A stretch of DNA of 57,893 nucleotides, counting the filler, from Sphacelaria rigidula (taxonomy: Eukaryota): NCBI GenBank assembly GCA_964200075.2. It is 9 parts of 9 records of this genome, joined end to end, with 100 filler letters (N's around TTAATTAATTAA, not from the genome) between each part and the next. Parts side by side here need not be neighbours in the genome. Positions count along the whole stretch, not along the records: positions 19,334 to 25,677 come from CAXNAA020020643.1; positions 25,778 to 32,121 come from CAXNAA020020644.1; positions 32,222 to 38,564 come from CAXNAA020020645.1; 6 more parts are not named here. The stretch is one strand, 5' to 3'. Position 1 is the stretch's first letter, and each line of letters begins with the position of its first letter. Positions 24,985 through 38,500 of the stretch are shown one piece after another. The position numbers were made by a program, and so were the translations under genes. The notes under the pieces are model-generated. The model searched no databases. It worked only from the letters and a program-made list of their open reading frames with translations, and was not told the DNA's origin.

Positions 24985-25230
24985 CAGGGGTCTACACGTT
25001 ACACGTGCCACAGCGTTCACGTTACGTTTTGGCCGAAACGTAATGTGAACGTTAATTTTTTTTCACGTGATGAACGTAACGCGAACGTAACGTTAAAATT
25101 TCAAATGAAACGTTAACGTAACATGAACGTTTAATTGCCCAAACGTGCAAATCACGTAATATGAAACGTTTCATGTAACGTTATATGTTACGTAACAGTT
25201 ACATGGAACGTCATGAACACGTCACGTGCA
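24985..25230. mobile_element. ACGT-motif-rich non-autonomous element (hAT-like CAGGG start)
   Basis: Starts CAGGGGTCTACACGTTACACGTG and carries many AACGT/ACGTT/CACGT motifs in both orientations. The right end CACGTCACGTGCAG is partly complementary to the left end. Confidence 0.55.
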
Positions 25231-26878
25231 GGGGTGAAACCCAAGTTTGCAATGAATTTTAGAATCCTGGAAGATGGTGCTTCAATAAACACGAGTGAGT
25301 TTGAATGACCATGGTATAGTTATGGTACTATTGCAAAAAATTCGCGCTCTCCCCACCACACGTCACATTCATAACATCATGATTATCTCGACCACATTCA
25401 AGGCTACTTCTCATGTATGAAAAACACGTTGTCAGAAAAGCCGCTTTTCAACAGCGCGATTTTCCACATAACTTTTCAAAATAGCCTCCCTCACGTAATC
25501 GACGCGCCGTCAGAATTGGAAACGCAGTGCTCATCGTTTTTATCAGGTGTGCAGGCATAATTTCAAAATCTGGGGCGCGCGAGATAGGTGCAGCACTCTG
25601 CTGTCGTGTCGTGGTGTACGGTCCGTGCTGACTGTCTGCACTACTGTTGTGATACATCGCCTGAGCAATACATGGTGNNNNNNNNNNNNNNNNNNNNNNN
25701 NNNNNNNNNNNNNNNNNNNNNTTAATTAATTAANNNNNNNNNNNNNNNNNNNNNNNNNNNNNNNNNNNNNNNNNNNNACCCTCTGGTTCGTTGACCCGTG
25801 CAATCTCGTTCGACCTTTATGCCTTTTATCAATTGTTTTGGCTAGGTTATTTCACTTTTGCTTTGGACGTCTGCAGTGGCGTGCTGATGAACCATCCCGG
25901 ATGAGCTCGTGCATAAAGCCGTTTGTTGGTGGCGCACTGCGTGGGTTGCATGTAACGAAGTGCAATGCGGCGGGTACGGAGCACAGGGCACCCACGGGGC
26001 AAAACAAACTACATAGCCCACGCACAACTATTTATGCTCAACGTGCGTATGGTAGATAGACAGAACAAAAGAGTGCGAAGAGCCGAAGCAGCATTCCATC
26101 ATAGTACACTGTACATGCTCTCCAAACATGCCAGTGACACAAAGTCGTGAACTTCAAAAGCACTGTCTACTACATGCTGAATTATGTTGCAGGTAAGATA
26201 CGCTGTGGATACTACAATTTGTGAACAGGCACACTATTTACTCTATATAAAAGAAGTAACATTTTACCTGATCCGACCCACACGCCAGCAAAACCCTCCC
26301 CTCCGAAGGTTTGTGGTCGGAGCATGCCAGTGTTGACTCTACACAAGCAAGGGTTGAACACCATGTCATGATACGATACTCACCACCTAGGTGGGAAGGT
26401 GCCAGTTCAGTGGGCACCGGGGCTAGCAGGCCCAAACACAATCATTAGTATCGAAGCCATTGAGTTCGACGTTACCAAGTGTAAAGTCAGCCACCGCACC
26501 AGTGGTCAGGTGGAATGCCATGAGCCGCGCAGGCTGCAGCACAACATGTGTTGCATGAAGGCCAGGCTTACATTTGTGAAGACCAGAGAATCCTCTGATG
26601 GCGTAGATGCTCTTGTATCATTGGCGTACAGGCTAACTTGTGCTTTGCTAGTTGAGGTGCATTGTCCAAAACGCTGTGACCCAAAGGGGGCGGCCAAGTC
26701 GATTCAATCAAACAATGTAGTATGACCCATCAGGTACCAAGCATGACAAAGTATGACAAATGGAACCCAGTCGACTGGAATATGACCAATAAATCTGTAA
26801 CAATAGCACCCTGTGGAGGGGGTCTACAGGATTTACGTACCCTGCGCAGTGTTTTCCAGCGTAGCACAGGACGCTCCA

Positions 26879-26977
26879 TAGGGTTTCCCCACAGTGGTCA
26901 TGAATAGTGTGAATCACAGGGTTGCTCTCCACAGGGTTTCTCTACAGTGGTCATGAATAGTGTGCATCACAGGGTTC
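26879..26977 (+). repeat. ~53-bp tandem duplication
   Basis: AGGGTTTCYCYACAGTGGTCATGAATAGTGTGMATCACAGGGTT occurs twice. Confidence 0.8.
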
Positions 26978-27090
26978 TGTCGCCCCGTGAAGAGTTCATC
27001 GCTGCTGGCAATGCTGTGCAGTGTGTTTACGCACATACACTACCCTCCACATGCAGCTGCGGGCGCAAGGTACTGGCGGAAACAAGAACT

Positions 27091-27162
27091 GATTCGGTTG
27101 GACGGGAGTCGAACCCTCGGCTTCACAATTTCGTTGCCAACCGGTTACACACGGAGCTACGC
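27091..27162 (-). mobile_element. tRNA-like head (SINE remnant or pseudo-tRNA)
   Basis: The minus strand reads GTAGCTCCGTGTG...GAGGGTTCGACTCCC (A- and B-box-like). There is no intact cloverleaf. Confidence 0.35.
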
Positions 27163-27310
27163 GTGGTAGTCATTACGAGTTTTAGGTTTTTGTACTTCTG
27201 AATTTTGGGGCCCCCGAAGGTCCGTGTCAATAACATTGAAATCCCCCGAATTGTTTTAGAGACACAAGTGTAATAATAATGGAAATCTGGAATTTGGACA
27301 GCCGCTGCTG

Positions 27311-27413
27311 TTCGAAATAAATCTTAATTCCACACTTGGAGTAAAGCAAAGAGGATTCATTCGAAATAAATCCTAATTCCAAACTTGGAGTATAGGAGAA
27401 GAAGGATTCATTC
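27311..27413 (+). repeat. ~49-bp tandem duplication
   Basis: TTCGAAATAAATCYTAATTCCAMACTTGGAGTA...GGATTCA occurs twice. Confidence 0.75.
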
Positions 27414-28205
27414 CGAAGAGCTTCAGCTGTACAGATAATCCCATATACACTGTATATAGCAAATGGAATTTGTACACCGCGAAGAATATACCTAAAATTA
27501 GGTGGAGAAAGAAGTTGCTCGCGAGCAGCTTCAGCTGTTCAAGTCCCAAATACTGCACGCAAGCTTTCGTTGCAGCTGTATTGTCATTAGCAATTGACCT
27601 CGGTCATAGATGCACATACCTGATCAAAACCTCGTAGTCCTGCGTCGACGAAACTAAAACAATTTACAGGGAATAATGAAGCATCTCATCGCGCGGTTGA
27701 TACTGCGTATACTGGGGATACATATTCACAACAATAAACTGTACTGGACTGTACAAAACCATTGCATGCGGAACAGTGCGCTATACCGCCGTGCTTATAC
27801 TTGCGGCGCCATGTACTGCAGATGGCTGGCTATAAATACAATGTAGATGCCTGCATGCAGCTTATTTTGATACATGGGGCGGGTGTTATATACCGTCGCG
27901 AACTCCAGTTTTTCACGCGCGCGTTCCAGCAGAGCATATATGCGCGCACATGCATCAGCTGCATGCTGCTGCAGCACAGTAAGTAGTGCGTGAAAGGGAA
28001 GGGGGAGAGTATAGTACAGACAGCGCAGGACAATGTATGTATGTTCTCTACCTACAGTGCGACGTGAAAAGGACTTGAACAACGTGCAGCATATCGTACG
28101 CGCGGCCTGTATGCTGCACTATATATGTTATATCGCGGTGCGTCCGCAGCATGCATATGGTGAGTGCTATGCATACGAGTTCGAGAGATCGAGCTAATGT
28201 GATGG

Positions 28206-28207
<2 letters not shown>

Positions 28208-28269
<62 letters not shown>
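28208..28269 (+). repeat. (ATA)n microsatellite, ~20 units
   Basis: Visible directly; it produces the spurious poly-I and poly-Y ORFs. Confidence 0.97.
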
Positions 28270-28270
<1 letters not shown>

Positions 28271-31200
28271 CATAATATAGGCGGCCGGTTGATATTGTTC
28301 CTCGCACCCGCCTATATATATACGCACGCACCCGCCCGTGTGATGGTAAATGACTGAGTGCCTGAATTAAAACTAGTTCCTTGTGGATATGCAGATGGTT
28401 CCTAGAAACGACCAGCGGGTATGGAAGGATTCTAGTCGAATGTGTGTTCGTATAGGCAGGATTCGATCCTTGTATTGCTGACGCAGCGGGTTGAAGGTAG
28501 AAGGATTGTACCCGATTAGCCGCGTGTACCTGCTGCTACTACAGCTTTGATTGGCTTAAGGTACAGTGCGCAACGCTGAGTGGTATTTATATGACAAGAT
28601 TGTATGCGTAGCTAGGAGGTTTTGAGGGTAATCGTGTGCCGCATCGCCCACGCAGCCCACTTGCAACCCGCCGCCAGAAACAGCTACCGTAGAACTAATC
28701 ACAAGAAGAATCATCAGCTTTCATCTGTTCTGCGCGACGTCTCCCCTTCTGCCGGCAAGCTGTGACGAGCTATAACACGAGTAAGTCACAAGTAATATAA
28801 CCCCTTGATGTCCAGTGGTGGTTTTCCTTTTCAGAAAGAGCTCAGTGCTTACTTTCAATAACAGCTGTCTGCTGTTGACGAGTGCCTTGTGCGAGAGAAA
28901 CCTACAGTTTGAGTGTAACAAATCAATCCAGGGCCGCGGCAGACACCTCACAAGGGTGTGGCTTGCTTGCGTTCGGTGTATACGGCACTACTGCTTGCGG
29001 TAGTTGCTTATACTTCCACATTCATGGGGCTTCAGAGGTAGCTTGTTTTATTCAAGCTGTACGGTTTTTCTCTTTCAATCGGCCGCTGCTTACACACAGC
29101 CAAACACCAGCTCACGGTTTTCTCTCTAAAACCTTGTATTTTCGGCCCTCTTTTTCACTTGATATTTGTGTGCATGATTTAGCGGTGTAATACACCACGG
29201 TAATTACACAGCTTCTTAGACAGACGTTCTCTCTTTTACTCGGAGTTTAACAGACATCCCGACTCGAGTTAGCTGCAGGTGTTCGATGTGTCATACAGTA
29301 CCCACGTTGATTTCAGGCAGTGGCAACCGAACCATGAAGCGCTCAAGGCACGAGCGCACACGTCAGCCCTCTCTTGCTGCACAAGCATATTCCCCGCACC
29401 CTGCAGGTCATATCGACGGTAGAAGCCAACCCACTGTGGCAGATGCGCTCTCTCTGGCAACGTCTTACATTGCACAGAGAACGCATAGCGTTTTCATGCA
29501 CACTCGATCTGAAGTGCCGTGTCCTTTTTCACCCACGGGCGGTTCTTGGATAATAGAGCCGCTCACACGTTCCTTGTTTAGATACGCCCCTCAAGGGTCC
29601 GTAGCTTTTTCACCGCCCTCCCGACCACCTGCCCCCCGCAAGCGCCCCTGCTCACAGTCCGTCGATTATGTATCAACCGAATCGACCGACATGTGTCTAA
29701 ACACACGCCGACTCATGCTTGCAGATAGAGAGTTCGCGGGCTATTTCAATCGCCGCCCGCTGTACATACGACTTTTCTTGCCCAAACACGGAACGTTAAG
29801 CCACCATGCGCACCGAATTATATCGATGCGGCATGATGGACAAGGATTAAAATGTTGTCTGTACACGAGTATGATTGAAGACGGCGATGCGCGAGACTCA
29901 TGTTACTTGTACACAAGCGCCCGACTTTGTACTCTTGTTACTTTTGCACGACACCAGTGTACACTAGAGTTTGATTGCCGCCCCACCAACACGCAATTCA
30001 CCTTTCCCGTTGAAATGTTGTTCCGAATTGAAGTACTGACGACAGTACAGCACCGTTTCAATTACAAATGGCCCCGGTCGGGAATATTTTGCGGACGGTG
30101 GGGTGCCGTACTGTAGCATGCGTTGGTACTGCTACACTATCTGAACAAAGTCATCTATATGCATTGTAGATATGAACACGGCGCGGGCATAACGTTGTGT
30201 CGGATTTTTTTTTCATGTGATGCGAACAAATTGATATCGTACTGCACTGTCGACCACGCCCGCTGGACCACGTGAAGATCATGTGTACTGTACTGTGCCA
30301 CACAGCATTTCGTTGTCTGGTGCTTTTTACGCTGCTGTCTGCACTACACTACACATTTGTATTTCGGTTGTGCTTGTACATTCATCAACTGTCTACCTAT
30401 ACGATGTACGTCACCAAGACTCCACCAACGCACACACATACGGGTTGTTGTGTGCCTTCGACATAGTTTTTGCTTCCCTTTCGTCTGCGCCTGATTGAAA
30501 AGGTGGTAGACCTCATGCATGTGCGGAGTGCGCAGAACTACATGTCGATCGACTGTCGACAGTACCCTGCCACTCTATTTCTTTATTTTTGTTCACGCCG
30601 CCTCAGTCCTCAACAACGATGCTCAATTCCACTTCGAAACGTTCACTTTTCAACCTCTGCATCTCTACGTTACCGGTTTGGCGCAATGGCGCACGTGTAC
30701 AACCATGTCTGATATCAACCGCCCTTCGACTTCATCGTAGCACGATGTTACGAAGGACGGTGCGCTCCCTACAGACAATGGTAAAAATGACCGTACAACC
30801 AACCCGAATCATGCGTAGTGAGACGGCTGGCAAAAACAAACCGGAACGTTTTGATGTTGATGGTGGCGTCGTTGCAGGACGTCTTTTCAGGGACATGAGT
30901 GTGGATGAAGACAATCCTCCTCCACATGCTGACCCTGAACCCGTTGGTGCCCACTCCCCTGTACAATAACCAGCCACTCAAACCGCCGACGGTGTTCCCA
31001 CTCTTCATTCTCGGATGGCATCTCTCCAAGTGAGCCCTGATGCTACGAAAAACTTTCCTACCCATTACCCCGCACCCAAACCGGTGCTGAACCCTCTAAT
31101 AGCCCTACTCTGGCTGTTGATGACCAGCCCAAGCCAGAACAATCCCCGCCCACGCGTGACGAAGCATATTTTCAGCTCAAGCATATTTCCAGCTCAAGCA

Positions 31201-32270
31201 CACTTCCCCAGCCCTCATTCCCCCGCGTTGGTACAACTTTTCGGTAAATGAACGAAAAAAGTGCTGGGACCAGATTGATAACAGCAATCTAGCCCAGCTT
31301 GAACATACGTTGAGAGAATTGGAATTTGCCCGCCTCCAGGCGGGTCAATATGAGGGGTTTTCAGGGGTACAAGAGCCCGGGCAGGTCCCCCGTGAGATGG
31401 ATGTCCATCCCGAGAACAAGCCAACAGAACAAAATGAACTAGAACGCGTGATACGCAAATCCACGAAGGCTCTGGAAATTGCGGAGCAAGAATATAAGCT
31501 GTTGACAAAAAGACACTTGGAATCTTCGCGTCATTTTGGATTATGTGGCAAGTCTGGCAATTACAACTGCGTCGTACGGTCGCCTGCTCCGCCCCCAAGG
31601 CGACAACTGATTCACCGCCTGACCCACCTGACCTGGCACACTTTCGCCCACATGCACCGGCCCACTCACAAAACGGTAGACGTTCACACATGAGTGGACC
31701 TAGTGCCACGGCTGAACCCCGCCAGGGCGGTACCCACACAGCACTGATGCTCACCTCACAACTTGACAACCTTTTGGGAACGTTCTGCAAGTTGCGGAGA
31801 TTCCAACTAACATATAGTGGTGTAACCCAGGACGCGTTGCTTAGCCCAAAAGCTAAGCCCCGTCACCTGCCTATTTATTTTTCTACTTCTGTATTTTATT
31901 TCTCATTAGTTGGTACAATCCCACAATTAAAAATGAACAATGAGCGGTAATACACCGCAGAAGTACCCAACAATTTTATGTCAACACTTTTTTTCGCTCG
32001 GCCAGGTCACAAACATCACACACGTGAATCAACGGCGGCCACCGCGGGTTCAACCATGTGGTGTGGGTTCCCTGGGTATGCTGGCACTGCCTCGAAGGGT
32101 TCGAGTCATCCTAAGATAGGGNNNNNNNNNNNNNNNNNNNNNNNNNNNNNNNNNNNNNNNNNNNNTTAATTAATTAANNNNNNNNNNNNNNNNNNNNNNN
32201 NNNNNNNNNNNNNNNNNNNNNCGGCGAGTCGCATGAAGTATGAGCTGCATCCTGCTGAGATTGTTCGTCC

Positions 32271-32370
32271 CGGGGGGGTGTACCCATGATCATATGCCAT
32301 AGTCATGAGACCACTGACCTCGGGGATGGGAATCAAAAGGCAAACAGTCGTGTGACTCGCTTCGCCACTA
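32271..32370 (-). mobile_element. Retroelement-like 3' end, family 2 (other copies ~52768-52895, 55602-55655, 55660-55835)
   Basis: The minus strand reads GAGGTCARTGGTCTCATGACTAYGGCAT...ATCATGRRTAC. A C-run follows in three of the four copies. The sequence aligns by eye with family 1 (GGTCAATGGTCAAATGACTAAGGCA...ATGAGTAC-Cn). Confidence 0.65.
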
Positions 32371-32564
32371 TAAAATCGCAGCTGATGCACGACATGACAA
32401 AAACACGGAACACCCACCCCCTCAGTGGGGAACCCCTCCCCCGCTCCCCCCCCCTCCCTGAAAACCAACAATACGCTCGATATTGATTGGACTTCGTAAG
32501 AAGGGAGGAGGAAGAAGGGCGTTCGATCGAATTGAAGAGCGAACGAGAGGCAACCCAGACTCAC

Positions 32565-35500
32565 GTCAAGTCGGCGCCGCTTATAGCATAGATGCCCCCC
32601 CCCGATCCCCCATCGCCGGAGCTGGCGGCGGTATTGTCGTCGAACAGGCTGCCAGCGTTCATCACCAGCACCCCTCCGAAGCTGAAAATTGCTCCTCCAC
32701 GCGACTGGGGGGTGAACGCAGCGGAGGCAACAACAGGGGGATTAAAGTGAAAAAAAATAGGGGGTATGGTGAGTGTCGGAAAACCCAAAAACGAACGTTC
32801 TCACGATGGCTCATCTCCTGGGGGAAAAAAAAGAACAGGGAAATTATGGATCAATCCACAGACCATACACTAACCATCATGAGTGCGTCAACAAAATACC
32901 AATACAGCAGCGTTTTTTCGCCAGCAAAATATCAGCCAAGAAGTGACCCACCACTAGAATTTCGTTCAAACGCAATTTCGGCCTCATCAACAACGATCCA
33001 GGGCCGAGGAACGTCTTCGCTCGCTCTGCTGCTGCCGGGCATCACTTCTGGGCTTCGAAAAACAGCTGTCCAGTAACAAACACTGTCCATTGAGAAGAAA
33101 GACAGAAATTATCATGGTAAGAAATTGTGATATTTTGCTCCCGGCAATATTGCCTTATTGGGTCCCCCAAATCGGCGATGATGCAACATGACACAAGATT
33201 TTCTCGGACCCGAGGAGCGGGAAAGGAGGAAGGGCGTGCTGTTGCTTACTCAAGTCTTCGACACGAGAAGGTTTTGCAGCGTTCTTTCCCAATTCGAACC
33301 TGAAGGCTTTACACAGTGCGAAGGCAAGTGACTCCATATATTTTCGGCTCCATTCATCATCCCGATAAATCGTTCGATCTGAGCTCCCTTCCGACTTCCA
33401 TACACCATACAACGTGTAGTTAGCGACTCCAGCTCATCGTACTATCGTGGGATAAGCAGGGGATGATAGCGTGTCGGCGGCCTGGAAGCACCCTTTGAGC
33501 GGCAATCGTCCGCTCTCAAGGACGTCATGTCGCAGTTTTGCTGTTGGTGAGACCTTTGAAAATCCCACGTTACTTCGATGACAAGCAAGAAGTTTGCTTA
33601 TAAGGCTAATTTGTTTTACACCAAATCAATGTGCCCTGGTATGTTACAACCAGAGTGGCAAAACACTGGCGGGGGCGCGCTGACTGTACACAGGGTGCTC
33701 TCACAAGACGCAACAGCGGCCCTCTGATTCACAACCACGCCACCAGAGGGCGCAGGTGTGATATGCTGTGGTGCTTGACTGCTGGACTGGGTGCCACTGT
33801 CTAGTAGCGTCGACTGTTATCGCGTGAGATCTGTTCGCGCCAAAACCACGTGTTCTACCAGCAGCAAAGCGCGCAATAGAAAGCGCCCACCTCACACCCC
33901 AACAAAAACGACCGGAAGCTGTGGGCACAGCCAAGACCCAATATGATCCTCCCTGTGTGCTTCCGCGGAGCTGTCACTGGCTGGCCAGTGCCATGTTATA
34001 GCTGGCTGGCATACGAGATAATAGTATGTAAAATGACCCCTGGCAGTTTTCCGGGATCGATGATCACTGACCTCAGTGCAGTAGTTGTCCACGAAGCTGG
34101 CCATACTGTTGAACGTGACCGAGCCGCCCGTATCCTGGTAAATCACACCGCCCTCCTGACCGGCGGCACGCAACGGCAATAGAGAGAGGGCAACGCAAAA
34201 GCGATGCGATGTTGTCAGAGCGCGGCTACGTATAATTTTAGGTCCATTACTATCGACACTGTTTTTCAGAGATCTCCGAAATTGTGAGGACCGGCAAGGT
34301 ACCTGATGATTCTCGAATGCTTGCGAGTGCCACGGCGTATTCACAGGGCAGCTCTCCGAAGCGCTGCGTTGCAGTCCGAATGTGTCGGACTTATCGAGAA
34401 ATGAAACTGAAGCTTCGGAGAGCAAATCAGGCCATTTCATTTCTCGGAGGAGTGTGAAGGCAGAGTCCGAAAACTCTGAAATTTTCTGACATCTCTGAAG
34501 AAACAGTGCCGATAATAAATAAAGGGCCCTTCGATCCACACGGATATCTCCGAAGAGAACCATCACGGAACGAATGTTCAAAAACGTATTATTAAGAAAT
34601 AACGCGCGTACACACGCGGCCCTTCTGCTACCCTCATAAACATCCTTCATCGCAATTGTCATCCTCTCGAGGGTAAAGGGACCCTCCGGAGGATACAAAT
34701 ACCCTCTACAGGGTAATTCGTACTCAGTTCCGGTCATGAAACAAACCCACTGGGGGCCATCTGATGCTCCAGTGACGTTTGAGGTCTGAATCCCTCGAGA
34801 GTAACAAAACAAATGGGGCTCTGGAGGGCTGCGCATCCTCCAAGTTCCTCCAGAGGGTGCGCGGCCCTCCAGAGGCAAAAGAAGCCTATGGAGGCTTCCG
34901 ATCCCGCCCCTCTGGAGGACCGCGCACCCTCTAGAGGCGTTGAATTGTTTTGGAGGCTCGAAAGGTTGATTGGAAGAGAGTATTTTTGGAGGGTAGCCGA
35001 ATGGCCGCGTGTGTATCCGCTCTAATGTCTCACTCCCGTACAGCCCATCCATGCGGCAAAGCGCCCGAATGCCGATTGGTGATATGTGGTCGCCCGGCAC
35101 CCATCATGCTGTTGCACGAGGCACGCTCTATTATTTCTTGCGGGAACTTTCGAAGCATGGAGCAGCAGGATACTCTTGTGAGTGCATCGCGGCGGTGTCC
35201 TCCGACACGCACGTACGCGCTCTTGCGCACAACGTGAGTGAACAGACACGAGGTGCAGGACCCGCCCCGGCCGACCACGACCATAATCACCCAAACACGC
35301 ACACACACACAAACAGATGCACAGGTCGTGGTAAGATATGACATCGACAGCGATAATAGACGTGAAATAAACGCGGCCATGATATGGTATACCGTACCTG
35401 GTTGTTCCTGCCGCCAGAGTACCTGGGAGTTCCATCACTTACTGCCACGGACGCGCGCGCATTGTGACGCGACCTCTATGCAACGGTTTTTGGCGATCAA

Positions 35501-37528
35501 ACATGGGAAGCGTGTGCACTTCTGCTGGCTGCAACACTGCAACAGAGTACGAAGTGAATTTGAAGCTGTTGTGAGCAGAATATAAGGTGGAAAACAAAAC
35601 CCTATCCTCGGACGAAAACAAGACAAAAGAAGCTGATGGCGTGTAGTAGGTACAGGGAAGGTGATACTGTACCTAAACCGCGCTGGAACATCGTCGGGCC
35701 TTTCCAGTTTTTTTTTTAGTTTCACATATTTTTCAAAATTGTCTCCGCATCCCTTCTTCCAAAATTTCTACATCGGATTAGTGCATCACGTCGATGTGAT
35801 CTCAACCTTTTGACCGCCAGGATGGATCTTGTATTAAATGAGCATCATTTTTGCTTGAAAAATGGCAGTCACGACCCGACAGTAACGCTCGTTATTGACG
35901 GAGCTGTTATTTTCAGACTTTTCGTACTTTTTCGGAAAAGGATTTTTTTTCCCCGAAAAATGTGACACCAGATTTCTCATCTAGGCCAATAAACACATCG
36001 ATTTACGATTGACTACATATTACTCGGAAAATCTAGAATTTGATTTTATCGGAAATTTTGTTGTCAGAGAAGTTGGAAAAAATCCCGAAAAAGTCGGGGA
36101 AAAGCCTGAAAAAAAAACGTTTCGTCAAGAACGACCCTAAGATTATTCACCCTGGGGCTCAAGAGTTGGGCAGAAGTGTTTGGAACCGCCACGTTCCCAC
36201 AAAAATTGTACCCGTCAAAGTTGAAGGCTTTGATGGATCGTGAGTTATGTATGCCCGCAGTTATCGGAGTTGGGCAGAAGTGTTTGGAACCGCAACGTTC
36301 CCCTAAAAACTGTACCCGTTAAAGTTAAAGGCTTTGGTGGATCGTGGGTTTTGTTTGCCCGCAGTTATCGAACACATTAGTACGAAAATTTGTGTCCGAA
36401 TATGTATGTGCTCAGGAGGGCTCACTGAGGGCCTCCAGTCCGGGGGCAGCACATCAGTGTACGCAACACGCACAGGACGTCAGCATTTCTCGGGATGATT
36501 GCTTGATGTCAGTGCGCTGATTCCGTTGTCTAACTCAACGTCACGCGAGCTTCAGAGGGCATTGGTCAAGAGATGACGCGGATCACCGGCTGTACACGTC
36601 GGACAGACAGGTGGAGTGGCATGAAAATATTCTGGCCCAGTCGACCCTGGCCAATGCTCACCGGTGTTACAGAGGAAGAGTTCAATTGTTACAGCTGACT
36701 GACTGGCTAGGCTATATGTACTCAAGCAACTCACAGCTGCGGTGTTGTCCGTGAAAATGGACTCCCCTTCCACCAGGATGTCCCCCCTGTTGTAGATACC
36801 CCCGCCTTGGCCTGCGAAGAAGCCCTGAACGGACCCACCAGGAACGTCGCGTAAGCAAGCATGGAGTCGCTTTTACAGGCTTCGCATTGCTCGATATTGG
36901 GGGAAGTCGGCGGCGCAGCGTTGTATGATTTGTAGGGCATGTTACGAAAATAGCTATGGCTACTCTCAGGATGGTACGCTTGGGAAAGATCACAAGACAA
37001 GATACGCGAGTGCAAATCGCACACACACACCCATGTATATACACATACATATTGGAGTGATACAAATACATATACCATTGATGGTAGCGCCCGGCTTTCT
37101 GCACGACTGCAGGCTAACTTTTGGGTCATCGTTCTATCCCTGAGTCAATACGCACACTTGATTTTTTTTCTCTTCTCCTCAATGTGAAATCCATGATCAA
37201 CCTCAGCTTCGTTGTTGTTCATGATGAGCTTCTCCTTGAAGGTGATGCTCCCGGACGCGGCGTTAGAGATAGCCCCGCCTTTGTTCACGCTCGTGCTGCC
37301 ACGACTGTCCGCCCTGTTGTTGTCAAACGTGGCGTCCTTTTCGAATACGAGAGCACCTTTGTTGTGCAGGGCTCCACCCTTCTTCGTGATTAACTGGATA
37401 CTAAACCTACCATCTTCAACCGGGAGGCGCCGCACAGCCTTCGTGACCGTGTTGTTGTAGAAGCCCGCTGTCCCCATGAAGGTCGCAGTGGCGCCTTCCT
37501 GGACATATAGCGTACCGCCGTTCTTCTC
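32565..37528 (-). CDS. Polymorphic-membrane-protein (Pmp)-like / adhesin-like beta-helix repeat protein, partial; exons 37528-37202, 36824-36735, 34155-34072, 32704-32565
   Basis: Alternating GGAI-like and FxxN motifs (GGTLY, FYNN, GGALHN, FDNN, GGAISN, GGGIYN, FTDN, GGVIY, FVDN, GGAIFS, FDDN, GGGIYA). Exons of 327, 90, 84 and 140 nt join in phase 0 through GT-AG introns. Confidence 0.88.
34251..34514. mobile_element. Intronic inverted-repeat element
   Basis: TATCGACACTGTTTTTCAGAGAT pairs with ATCTCTGAAGAAACAGTGCCGATA; inner dyad CTCTCCGAAGC / GCTTCGGAGAG. Confidence 0.65.
34611..35013. mobile_element. Intronic MITE with TA target-site duplication (Tc1/mariner-type)
   Basis: TA|CACACGCGGCCCTTCTGCTACCCTC ... 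GAGGGTAGCCGAATGGCCGCGTGTG|TA. CCTCYAGAGG/TGGAGG motifs repeat internally. Confidence 0.82.
36163..36370 (+). repeat. 104-bp tandem duplication (intronic)
   Basis: GAGTTGGGCAGAAGTGTTTGGAACCGC...GCCCGCAGTTATCG starts at 36163 and again at 36267. Confidence 0.92.
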
Positions 37529-37724
37529 CTGAGTACGAAGAATAAAGCACGAAAAACAAAAAGATGGCAAACAGGTCGGCATACTTTCATACATGTAAAT
37601 TCAACCACACTTTTTTCATCTATTTCTCGACACCCAGAAAACCCCTCCCTTTCTCAGGACGAGTCCGTAATTGTAAGGGATCGGCGCGTCTTTCCCTCGG
37701 TTACCCGCCTTGAGATTTGGAATT

Positions 37725-37930
37725 GCAGATTCGATAATGACTATCAGCACCCCCGCACTCCGTGATTTCTCGCCAAATACACTATTTTTGCTTTCTCACG
37801 TTCTCACCTTTCCCATGGTGGAAATCACATGTTTCTCAGAAAAAAAAACGAATTGAATCCTTCCGGGAATCGAACCGGCACCTTCCGACCTAATGGTGCA
37901 ATATGTACCGTTAGACCACCGGGCTGGGAC
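37725..37930 (-). mobile_element. Second tRNA-derived SINE-like element
   Basis: The minus-strand head CCCGGTGGTCTAACGG (A box)...GCCGGTTCGATTCCCGG (B box) is followed by a T-run and a non-tRNA body. Confidence 0.5.
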
Positions 37931-38204
37931 CACATCTAGTAACAGAAACGGTCGAGGTCAGATTTTTGGCGAACACAGCACCACCAACTGCATAGATGTC
38001 ATGACGACGCTGAAATACTCGTCGGGTTCATCCACCAATGCGCTGAATCGCCACCCGGCGCTCGTAGATTGTATTTCATCCACGATGGCGAAGTGTGTGA
38101 CGACAGTACCGTGCGATGCTAGATAAACAATGCACTTGTACTTTGTACAGTATACAGTAGACAGCAATAGTAACAGCAGTACCAAGAGAAGGAAGTGATG
38201 ACGA

Positions 38205-38500
38205 GTGATGGTAGCGTTTGTAGCCCACCAGGTCATGGCGGGCCTACTGCCCGAGAAGGACAACTTTTTGGTCGCGGCCTCAGGCACGCACTCGGAGTAA
38301 AGTTAGCTGTCGTTTTGAGATGACAACAAGAAGGGGCTTCCCAGTTGGTATATCGTGGCGATGGATATTGTACTCATTCAGCCATCGTCCGCGTCTATGG
38401 AGCGAGTGTTTTCGATTTTGAGGGGGTGCTTGAACTCCCGGCAGGAGAAGGCGTTAGGTGACCGGATCGAATCCGCACACATGATGCAAGTACAATCGGT
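38205..38500 (+). mobile_element. Decayed hAT transposase C-terminal dimerization domain
   Basis: NKKGLPSWYIVAMDIVLIQPSSASMERVFSILRGCLNSRQEKALGDRIE fits the hATC consensus (LP.W...A..L..P.SSA..ER.FS). In-frame stops lie immediately upstream. Confidence 0.82.

Noticed and set aside
29286..30116. 276-aa ORF
   Set aside because: No recognisable motif, and composition is not convincingly coding; probably a chance ORF or decayed repeat.
30589..31950. Cluster of plus-strand ORFs as a gene
   Set aside because: Fragmented across frames with no consistent splice model or recognisable domain.
33892..35100. 402-aa ORF as a single gene
   Set aside because: It runs through two intronic inverted-repeat elements; only 34072-34155 is a credible exon.
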